Of a stretch of 31,351 bases of DNA, positions 21,866 through 31,351 are shown piece by piece. Source of the DNA: Octopus sinensis. Taxonomy: Eukaryota. The stretch covers positions 1-31,351 of the forward strand of contig NW_021832311.1 of assembly GCF_006345805.1 (NCBI RefSeq), given 5' to 3'. Position 1 is the first letter of the stretch; the number at the start of each line of letters is the position of its first letter. Position numbers and translations under genes: made by a program. The notes below the pieces were generated by a model, which ran no database searches, was not told where the DNA came from, and was given only the letters and a program-made list of their open reading frames with translations.

Positions 21866-22522
21866 TTTTCTTGTACTTGCTTCGGTCATTGGTCTGTGGC
21901 CATGCTGGGCCATCGCCTTGAAGGGTTTAGTCAAACAAACCCACCTCAGGACTATTTCTGTTTTTAAAGCCTGGTATTAATTCTATCAGTCGTTTTTGGC
22001 CGAACCACTAAGTTACGGGGACGTAAACAAACCAATACCTATTTCTTTACTACCCACAAAGGGCTAAACACAGAGAGGACAAACAAGGACAGACAGATGG
22101 ATTAAGTTGATTATATCGACCCCAGTGCGTAACTGGTACTTAATTTATCGACCCCGAAAGGATGAAAGGCAAAGTGGACCTCGGCGGAATTTGAACTCAG
22201 AACGTAACGGCAGACGAAATACCGCTAAGCATTTCGCCCGGCGTGCTAACGTCTCTGCCAGCTCACCGCCTTAAACAAACCAATACCGGTTGTCAAGCTG
22301 TGGTAAGAGACAAACACAACATAAAAAATACATGCGCGCACACACACATACATACATATATATACAACGGGCTTCTTTCAGTTTACATCATCTAAATCCA
22401 CTCACACTCACAAGGCTTTTGTTCGGCCGAGGCCATATCAGAAGACACTTGCCCAAAGTGCCACGTAGCGATATTGAACCCGAAACTACGCGGTTGCAAA
22501 GCGAGCTTCTTAACCACACAGC
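21866..22522 (-). mobile_element. SINE family A interrupted by SINE B
   Basis: Tail at 21866..22039, remainder at 22272..22522. Confidence 0.85.
22040..22271 (-). mobile_element. SINE family B monomer, tail-2, with 16-bp TSD
   Basis: TAAACAAACCAATACC at 22024..22039 and 22272..22287. Confidence 0.93.
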
Positions 22523-22887
22523 TTTGTTTACAACATGTACATGTGGAACATGTGAAAAAGTGTTCTTTTGCAGTTTTTCACGGCGGGAACAAGTTGTCTT
22601 TCAACGTCGTTGAAATCGTGTAGCTGCGACAAAACCTTCTTCTGTTAGTTTTTGAGAATACGTAAGAGAATGTCATCTGATTATGGCACAAAATTGTGCC
22701 TCATTGTGACACTGTCAGTTAAAGAGTAGGTATTTTATCAAATGAAAGGACTGGAAATAGAATTTTCGCTAGCGCGCTAAAAGGAGCAACTCTGATTGGT
22801 TGAAATAAGTGATAGCAACTACGTAAGCGTCGACTGGTGGAGCTTCAAAATTCAAGTGAGCCAGTTTTTCGGAGTTTTTTTTTTTTT

Positions 22888-22900
22888 GCGTGTGTGTGTA

Positions 22901-22963
<63 letters not shown>
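22888..22963. repeat. (GT)n microsatellite
   Basis: Direct reading. Confidence 0.95.
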
Positions 22964-22969
<6 letters not shown>

Positions 22970-23721
22970 CCTGCCAACAGATCGTTAAACAATCGATCAC
23001 TGATTGGGTGGAGATAGTGCCAAGGGGTGACGTCGTAGTGTTCATGGCCTTAGTCTTCATCAGTGGTGATGGCCACAATAAGACACGCCGCTACACATCA
23101 TAACATGGCATTACATTTTCAAAATACATAATAATAAACATCGGAGATGCTTTGCCCTCAGAAGTATTCCAAGTTCTCCTTCTGAAGCAGTCGCAATGAC
23201 GGAAATCCTTTTGTAACATCAGCAGCTATCTCAGTGATTTCAGGGTCACAAGCCTTTCGCCCCTCAGCCTGTACGCTTCGCCTGAGTGTGACAACGTCGA
23301 CAGAGTCAGTCTTCGCTTGCGGAAGGGTTCCATCTGCGTTCCCTCGTAAAATACGGCCGCCTTGAGCTGGTTTTCAATTGATTTCAATCATTGGACTGTA
23401 GCCATACTGGGACATCGCCTTCATAATATATTTATGTAATAGTCGAATATTTTTCGTATGGTTGCAGTTTATTATATTTTATATGATAACAGTAAAATAT
23501 TTCATAGTAGTTCCATATACTTAAAATAGTTCAGTATGTTTTCATTGACAACAGTTCAAAGTATTTTTATGTGCTAACATTTCAATACTGAAGCAGGCGT
23601 GGTGTAGAGAGGGCATGTTACTGGTGATGTTGCAAATGGCAACGAAAGGACTTTGACAAACCTAATTGATTGATTAACCTAACAATTAGTCAAACTTCAC
23701 ACGAAGTCCATCCAATTGATC

Positions 23722-23767
<46 letters not shown>

Positions 23768-23792
23768 TAATAATAATAATAATAATAATAAT
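23722..23792. repeat. (TAA)n microsatellite
   Basis: Direct reading. Other (TAA)n tracts lie at 25417..25484 and 27815..27892. Confidence 0.95.
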
Positions 23793-25412
23793 TATATATG
23801 GATGACCTAAAACTATACGCTGCAAATGACAAACAGCTGGAAACACTATTAAAGACAGTTCATGGATTTACCAAAGAAATAGATATGAAATTTGGATTAG
23901 AAAAATGCGCCAAAGTAACCATGAAAAGAGGAAAACTAGTTAAGAGTAACAACATCACACTAGATAAAACCAATGAAATAAAAGAATTAGACCAAAGCCA
24001 AACTTACAAATACTTAGGAATCCATGAACTAGATAAGACACAACACACACAATGAAAGAGAAAATAAAAAAATATTATAGACGAGTTAGATCAATACTAA
24101 AAACAGAGCTCAATGCTAAAAACAAGATAATAGGTATCAACACTTTAGCTGTCCCAGTTATAAGTTACAGCTACAATATCCTTAACTGGACACGAAATGA
24201 ACTGTCCAAAATAGATAGGAAAACAAGAAAAATACTGACAGGATCTAGGATGCATCACCCAAAATCTGACATAGAAAGACTATATATACAACGTATAGAA
24301 GGTGGTAGAGGCCTTATACAGCTGGAAAACTACTATAAAATAACCACCATAGGACTGCAAAAATACCTACTTCAGAAGCAAAACAAAAAACTGTTCTCAG
24401 TATTTAAGGAAGCTGACAAATACAAACAAGAAATCATACCACCTAATAAACACAAAGAAGAAGAAGAAGAAGATGATGAAGAAACAACAAAAGCTATAAA
24501 ACAAATGAAATCCAAACTAAAAATAGAACAGCAACGAGCCATGATAAAACGATGGCAAGAAAAGCCCCTTCATGGTAAATACTGCACTAAACTAAACGCA
24601 AAAGAAATAGACAAAGAAAAATCCCAGCATGGTTGAGAAGCTCAGGACTCAAAGCAGAAACAGAGGGATTTTTAATTGCAGCACAAGACCAAAGCCCCCC
24701 ACCAGAAATTACCAAAAACATGTAATGAAAAGAAATATTACAAGTAACTGCAGAATATGTGGAGATGGACAAGAAACAATAAATCATATTATCTCTAGCT
24801 GCCCAGTCCTGGCTAAGAAGGAATATATTCACAGACATGACAGAGTTGGAACCTACATACATTGGAAGCTATGCCAACATTATGGAATAACAACAGAAAA
24901 AAGATGGTATAGGCAACACACAGAAAAGGTCACAGAAAACGAGAAAGCAACCATACTCAGGGATATGCCGATACACACAGATAGAGAAATTAAGGCCAAC
25001 AGACCAGATATAGTTGTCAGAGATCATGAAGAAAAAAATGCTTTCTAATTGATGTATCAATAACCGGCAGATGACAACGTGTCTCTAAAAAGAAAGGAGA
25101 AACTCTCAAAATACAAAGACCTGAAATAAGAGATAACTAGAATGTGGAACCTGAAAACAGAAACAATTCCTATCATAGTAGGTGCATTAGGCATGATAAA
25201 AAAATATTCAGACAAATACATAACAAAAACACCAGGACTTACAAACACATATAACATACAGAAAATTGCACTACTAGGCACTGCACACATCCTACGCAGA
25301 ACACTTTCCATACAATAACCATCAGAGCATCACAACAAATCACAGCACATACCCAAGGCACACAGAGCTGCGCTCGGTAGTGAAGTGAAAGCACGCTATA
25401 AAAATAAAATTA

Positions 25413-25416
<4 letters not shown>
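23793..25416 (+). mobile_element. 5'-truncated R4/Dong-clade non-LTR retrotransposon in (TAA)n
   Basis: Starts at RT motif YMDDLKLY, then KYLG, CCHC knuckle CRICGDGQETINHIISSC, RLE NRPDIVV...LIDVSI, C-terminal LLGTAHILRRTLSIQ* (stop 25316..25318), ~100-nt 3'UTR. (TAA)n on both sides, several frameshifts. Confidence 0.92.
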
Positions 25417-25484
<68 letters not shown>

Positions 25485-25485
<1 letters not shown>

Positions 25486-26043
25486 CCCTAATGCAGTACC
25501 AGACAGTGGCTCTGTTGGCTGTTGATCTTAACTGATTGGAAGTGTTATCATGTACATTGTTTTGTCTTGGTATAAAAGACAGGCTGTTACAGCAAATATT
25601 TTGCTCAATACCACAGATTTGCTTGTCAGTTGTTTGACCGTAACCAGTTGAGCATGTCCCATAGTGGCTGACGATATGTGCATCTCTGATCACAAGCAGA
25701 AGTAGTGGGGGAGCATCATAGCCGTGTGTTGAAAGGAATTCTTAGAGGTTTGGATAATTCACCTTTGGAAACATGGGTGTTTCGTTCAACATCCTTAAAC
25801 AATCCTTATTCAGGGACCTTTTGAGCGGAGTGGGCTACTCGACCTGTAGAAAATTCTAACTGGACCCAACCTGCAAGGTCATGCACCTATTTATCTTGAT
25901 ATAAGATCACTGTGTCGCACACATATGGTTGTTATGCATGAGCCTGGTGTTACGCTTATCAGTCGGGTTGTCATGACGGGTATACTGGGCTTCGTATATT
26001 TTACCCCAGTGTCACTTTGATGGCATGCACTGCTCTCTCACTC
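25485..26043. mobile_element. 559-bp noncoding module flanked by (AAT)n on both sides
   Basis: Sharp boundaries at (AAT)n tracts, no tRNA head, TIR or ORF. Mobile nature is inferred from context. Confidence 0.5.
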
Positions 26044-26334
26044 AATAATAATAATAATAATAATAATATGAAGAAGAAGAAGAAAAAGAACGGGGAGAGG
26101 AGGAGAAAGAGAAGAAGAAGAAGAAGAAGAAAAAGAAGGGGAGGAGAAAGAGAAGAAGAAGAAGAAGAAGATGATGATGATGATGAATGATGATGATGAT
26201 GATGATGAAGAAGAAGAAGAAGAAGAAGAAGAAGAAGAAGAGAAGAAAAAGAAGGGGGAGGAGGAGAAAGAGAAGAAGAAGAAGAAGAAGAAGAAGAAGA
26301 AGAAGAAGAAGAAGAAGAAGAAGAAGAAGAAGAA
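26044..26334. repeat. Compound microsatellite (AAT)n-(GAA)n-(GAT)n-(GAA)n
   Basis: Direct reading. Source of the low-complexity ORFs in the track. Confidence 0.95.
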
Positions 26335-26612
26335 TACAATCCCTCAAAGTTTGAAATAGGAAGAATTCGGAGTATGCGAGCTATAAAGGTCATGCCTATA
26401 ATAATTGGTTTGTTAGGAACAGTAAACAATGATATAGATAAATGGCTGAAGGAGATTGAAATAGAATGCCTGGTAGAGCTCCTACAGAAAGTTTGTTTCT
26501 TAGGGACAGCAAAGATTATCAGGGGCATTCTAAGCACTTGAAAGATTGCTGAAAACTTGTGGACACCTAAGGTTACAGGTAATAACCTATGATCCACATA
26601 CTTCCTACCAGG
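26335..26612 (+). mobile_element. 3' end of a second R4/Dong-like RLE LINE
   Basis: Open frame 26335..26541 YNPSKFEIGRIRSMRAIKVMPIIIGLLGTV...LQKVCFLGTAKIIRGILST* matches the C-terminal PII.GALG...QK..LLGTA.ILR motif. Abuts (GAA)n. Confidence 0.75.
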
Positions 26613-26616
26613 AATT

Positions 26617-26890
26617 TAGTTAGTTAGTTAATTTTTTGGCTCAAAAAGCAAAAAGCAAGGCCATGTAAGGGAGACATGGAGTTATGTACAGGGTGGTGTT
26701 CATGTAAAGAGTTCAGGCCACTTGTGGTCAAGGGAGACTTTGAACCGAGCGGTCGTCGGCATCTTCACCATCTCGTCCGGCAGCTTATTCCACGGATCCG
26801 CAACCCGGACGCAGAAAGCCCCTCTCCTTCGATTGAGATGAAATCGTCGCAGGTAGAGCTTTTCGGAATAAGACCGAACCTGGGCCAAAC
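26617..26890 (-). mobile_element. CR1/L2-clade LINE 3' end
   Basis: ORF 26700..26888 RR.AF.VRV...WNKLP.EMV......FK..LD, short 3'UTR and (CTAA)n tail. Confidence 0.8.
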
Positions 26891-26907
26891 GAAAATTATA
26901 ATAATTC

Positions 26908-27122
26908 TTTCTACTATAAGCACAAGGCCTGAAATTTGGCGGGGGGTGGGGGTTAGTCGATTACTCGACCCCCAGTGTTTCACTGGCACATAATTTATTG
27001 GCTCCCGAAAGGATGAAAGGCAAAGTCGACCTCAGCAGAATTTGAACTCAGAACATAAAGACGAAGAAATGCCGTCCAATATTTTGCCTAGCGTGCCAAC
27101 GATTCTGCCTGCTCACCGCCTT
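26908..27122 (-). mobile_element. SINE family B monomer, tail-1
   Basis: Head CTCACCGCCTT, body GAAAGGATGAAAGGCAAAGTCGACC. Confidence 0.85.
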
Positions 27123-27134
27123 ATGATAACAGTA

Positions 27135-27159
27135 ATAATAATAATAATAATAATAGTAA

Positions 27160-27221
<62 letters not shown>
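27135..27221. repeat. (AAT)n-(TAG)n microsatellite
   Basis: Direct reading. Confidence 0.95.
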
Positions 27222-27824
27222 ATTTCTATTATAGGTACAAGCCCTGAAATTTGGGTGGGAGAAGGTAAGCCCAGAAAGTGGATGATGAAAGAGTTCAACT
27301 CTTTTACTACATACAGCTTATCGACATTATTATTGTTTTTCTCTTTTCCTAAATCTAATAACTATTATTGCCTGTGGTCAGAATAAAATCCTTCCAATGC
27401 TTTGCTTCACGCAGAAACTGCGGGAACTATTCTGAGGTACTGCAAGCTCTTCGTTTGAATCCATCGCAATAGCCGAAACCCTTCCGTATCATCGGTATAT
27501 TTCTCGGAGAGACAGAAAGACAAAGAAACAGCTACCATGAATTTAATCTCAAAACATTATAAATTGGACGCCATGTACTATTTCACTACTACGGATAGAA
27601 AATACTAAACTGATGTTAGTTATTCTGTGATCATTCTTTTACAAGATGGCGATGATGATACAACGTTGGTCGTCTGCTTAACACATCAACCGATGGCCGT
27701 GTTAGAAAATACACTATACTATTGAAAGAATACGCTTATTTTTTTCTAAACTCCTACACTCATTGAATAAAAGAGAGCGTTGTTAGTGGAACCAATAATG
27801 GTCTCTTTTTATTTTAATAATAAT

Positions 27825-27892
<68 letters not shown>

Positions 27893-27893
<1 letters not shown>

Positions 27894-28850
27894 TGACGTT
27901 GACGAAGCCTTTACTCATCAATGGCTAGTGTCTTCTGGTTTAAAATCAGAGATAGAAGGGTTTATCATAGCAGTCCAGGGTCAATGCCTACCTACAAGAA
28001 ACTACCAAACCAACATCTTAAAGAATGGCAGTAGCCCAACATGTCGTGTATGTAAATAACAGACTGAAACCATCCACCATATTGTCTCCATGTGCAGCCT
28101 TCTAACGCCCTCAGAGTACCTCAACAGACATGATAGAGCGGCACAGTATATTCACTGGGTAATTTGCAAGCAATGATCTGAACCTGCTCCATGAGAAAAT
28201 TTTATGGGATTACAAACCACTTTCAGTGCTTGAAATTGATCATATCTCGTTTCTCTGGAACTTTGCCGTTAAAACTGACGGAAAGATAGATGCAAATATG
28301 CCAGACGTTATATTAAAGGATTTCAGACAAAAATCATGCCTCCTCATCAATATAACTGTCCCAATTGACATAAATGTATCTGTCAAGGCCTACCAAAATA
28401 TTATTATTATAAAGAGCTTGAAATAGAAATTGGCAAAATGTGGAAACTCAAGACTAGAATAATACCTATTTCTTTATTACTCACAAGGGGCTAAACATAG
28501 AGGGGACAAACATAGGTATTAAGTCGATTACATCGACCCCAGTGCGTAACTGGTGCTTAATTTATCGACCCCGAAAGGATGAAGGGCAAAGTTGACCTCG
28601 GCGGAATTTGAACTCAGAACGTTACAGCAGCTGAAATACCGCTAAGCATTTCGCCCGACGTGCTAACGATTCTGCCAGCTTGTCGCCTTATATAATAATA
28701 ATACCTGTTGTCCTTGGTGCTCTACGAACGATAGCAAAGGAGGTTGACTGTTACCTGTCTCAGATTCCAGGAAATCCCAAAATGGAAGAAATTTTAAAAT
28801 AGTGCACATGCGAACTGCTTCTATCCTACGAAAAATACTATGTTATTTCA
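27893..28850 (+). mobile_element. Third R4/Dong-like LINE fragment, interrupted by SINE B
   Basis: After (TAA)n: WLVSSGLKSEIEGFIIAVQGQCLPTRNY...CRVC..QTETIHHIVSMC...RHDRAAQYIHW...DANMPDVIL...IIPVVLGAL...ILRKIL. Stops and frameshifts. Confidence 0.85.
28467..28689 (-). mobile_element. SINE family B monomer, tail-2, with 9-bp TSD
   Basis: AATAATACC at 28458..28466 and 28697..28705. Confidence 0.9.
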
Positions 28851-28987
28851 AACACATTTTGATTTGTAAGCATATCAAAAGTACTTTTAAATGTACCTAC
28901 TAGGAAACACCCTTTGCGATCAACCTAAGATCACACTATCGTCTTATCAGCAACCTACTTTTAAAACAAACTTGAAAGTCAACTTGA

Positions 28988-29040
28988 ATATGGCCGCAGT
29001 CAAATGGCTGAAACAAGTAAAAGAGCATAAGAGTAAAGAG
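28988..29040 (+). mobile_element. SINE family A tail fragment
   Basis: ATGGCCGCAGTCAAATGGCTGAAACAAGTAAAAGAG. Confidence 0.7.
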
Positions 29041-29788
29041 TAAACGAAATACCCAGAAGCAGGGAAAATGCCACCCTGAGGCAACCAAGGAACACCACAG
29101 ATCTGGAGCCACCCTACTCACCGGAGTATCCTGACTCCTTAGCCTACAGATGCCAGCTTAGAGTAGCTCTCGTCCGCTTAATTTTTTTTATTCTCCACAA
29201 AGGCTAATAATAAATTATATAAAGACTGGCTTTTCTTATAGACTGGAGTTTGAGTGATTTAATGTTTAACCGAGTTACGTGCAGGTCAAATCGTTTAATG
29301 TCAGGTGCAGTATAAGATATATTTACAAAGAAGAAAACTGACTGATAAACGAACCAGGCAAACAATCATACAAAGGATTTCCGTTTTTCCGTTTAATTCC
29401 ACTTCCGCCAACAATTATTCGACCATTCCATCGAAGGACTTGTATTCAAAAACGCCAACATTTTTCTCATAATCATCGGTAAACATACTGGTTGACTCCT
29501 ACAAACTCTCTTGGATTCCATTATAACTGTTGCCGATACAGAGCCTCACTCTCACTCCCTCTTTCCTCCTCCTCCTCCTCCTCTCTCTCTCTCTCTCTCC
29601 CACCTATTTCCTCTATTTCCGGATCTTTGAGTGATTTCCTGACATGGCTAACACGGCAGCACTGCAACATCTCCGGCTTCGGTTGACATTCCATGCTCCA
29701 ACTACCATCGCTTGTGTACCGGAAGTGCTCGTCTCTGATGTCATGGGGGGGGGCAGTGTCCACCGATGTCAGTTTTCCCTTTCATATA

Positions 29789-30007
29789 CGAGGGGGTGTT
29801 GAAAAATTTCCAGACTTTGCGTAAAAGAAAACACAGGAGGATCGGTTAATTATGATTTTATTCAACATATTTCCCTCCTCAGATTCACACGCGTATTACG
29901 GCGGTCCTTCAGTTTTTCTAAGCCCTATAAAAGAACTCGGGATGCTAGACTTCCAGCCAGGCCTTTCGTGACACCCTTAAAGCCAGGAGCTTTTCAGCAT
30001 CCCTTCA
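29789..30007 (-). mobile_element. Mariner-derived MITE (~220 bp)
   Basis: TA|CGAGGGGGTGTTGAAAAATTTCCAGACTT ... AAAGCCAGGAGCTTTTCAGCATCCCTTCA TIRs. The interior is the reverse complement of the mariner C-terminal remnant at 6290..6360. Confidence 0.8.
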
Positions 30008-30070
30008 CCTATAAGCATGTATATATACATATATATGTAGGTATGCATATATGTATGTATATAAGCATGC

Positions 30071-30105
<35 letters not shown>

Positions 30106-30570
30106 ATTATATATATATATAATATATATATATTATTATATATATATATATATATATAAATATATATATATATATTTGATTCCTGAATAAAAATCTTGTT
30201 TATCCTGTTATGATACCGATAGTAAGAAAGGATATTCTTATCCTTAAGACGGTTATTCAAACCGCTAACTCTATTTACCATATATATATATATATATATA
30301 ATAAAATGAATGGTTTACACCTGGTAGCTTATTGATAAGGTACGGTCACTTTCACAGTGATCGATATGTATGTGGCAAATGAAAGACGGAATAAATAATA
30401 ATGAATTCTCGTATATTCCATCCTCCGTCTTTCATTTGCCATATGTGTGTGTATGTTTGTGTGTGTAGATAGAAAGATACATAGATAGATATGCATATAT
30501 ATATACACACAAAATTAGTGATCATGCTAAGCCACTGGTCTTAATTGATTAATATCAATTTCTACCCTTA

Positions 30571-30601
<31 letters not shown>

Positions 30602-30602
<1 letters not shown>

Positions 30603-30673
30603 ATTTCACGAGCAGGTTGTTTCGTTGATCAGATCAACTGCAACGACTCATCGTCGTAGCCGACGGAGTACCA
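30602..30673 (+). mobile_element. Isolated tail-2 fragment of SINE C (or its partner LINE 3' end)
   Basis: AATTTCACGAGCAGG...GATCAACTG...TCGTCGTAGCCGACGGAGTACC matches 9688..9755. Confidence 0.7.
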
Positions 30674-31351
30674 GTTTTAGTTATATGTTAATCTAGAGAT
30701 GATGTCTTTAAAGTATGGGAATCAAAAGAAATATTTGGGGTGGAAGGGAGACGCGAGCTTCTTTTCTATATGAAACGTGTTGATTCAGAAGGGTTGGTAG
30801 GTCAAGATAGAAAGAAAAAAACAAAGAAAAACAAAGAAATCAACAAATAAAATGTATTTCGCAGGTTTGTGGGGAAATAAGTGTTTCTTTTATGTTGAGC
30901 TGTTTATTATTCGTAGAACGAAGGAAAAATAACTGTCATTTAAGAAAAAGTGCCATGCAAATACACAAGCGGCTCGGTAACTCACTCAGTGTCAACAACA
31001 TCGATTCATTGACTTTAAAGAAGCATTCTTCCTTCTCGTTCTTACTGGTTTATTTCTTCTAAAATTTCATTTTCGCAGATTGGAACTTTGATCTGTATAC
31101 AATTGCACTGACGCTGGAAAACGCACCTTTAACATAAATTTCAATTACATGTGACACCAATGGTCTCTTTCTTTTCCCTTCTTTTGACTAACTCCAACAG
31201 CATCAACGTCATTATTGTTGGTGTTAATGTACACTAAGCCCTGATCTAACGGGCCAGTGATGAAAGGCGTTCCATTCATGACCAACCTGTCATATGTTTA
31301 TATGTAAGAAACTTCTTTCCAAAAGATTTTCTTTTAAACAGCTAATACATT

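Noticed and set aside
23140-23350. Coding exon on the minus strand
   Set aside because: Short open frames with no recognisable motif or supported splice partners.
26001-26597. 198-aa and overlapping low-complexity ORFs
   Set aside because: Translations of microsatellites. The only coding signal here is the R4 fragment on the plus strand.
27792-27801. CArG box CCAATAATGG
   Set aside because: Isolated, 9 kb upstream among repeats, and expected by chance in AT-rich DNA.

Overview
AT-rich, repeat-dense animal genomic DNA. The SINE, MITE and LINE repertoire resembles an octopod cephalopod (Octopus-like); this is an inference from recognised repeat motifs, not a database match. The window holds one complete host gene that the ORF track misses: a 4-exon, minus-strand myophilin/transgelin (calponin family) gene. 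Its CDS is join(18317..18267, 9066..8915, 7074..6861, 4805..4629), 594 nt, 197 aa, with one CH domain and one calponin repeat. It has canonical GT-AG introns, a TATA(-30)/Inr promoter, an upstream CArG box and a candidate intron-1 enhancer. Most of the rest is mobile DNA: three tRNA-derived SINE families (called A, B, C here) plus an RTE-type tail module, a decayed Tc1, mariner, piggyBac-like, Kolobok-like and hAT-like MITEs, a Helitron-like element, three R4/Dong-clade LINE fragments next to microsatellites, a CR1 3' end and many microsatellites. The most unusual observations are a TIR element flanked by a 74-bp host duplication, SINE-B insertions that recur at GGTATT and form single-headed ~184-bp tandem multimers, and a triplicated TATGACGTCAG motif clustered with E-boxes and CArG boxes in intron 1. 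I found no CRISPR, rRNA or true tRNA genes. Repeat boundaries are approximate (about +/-10 nt) unless a TSD is given.
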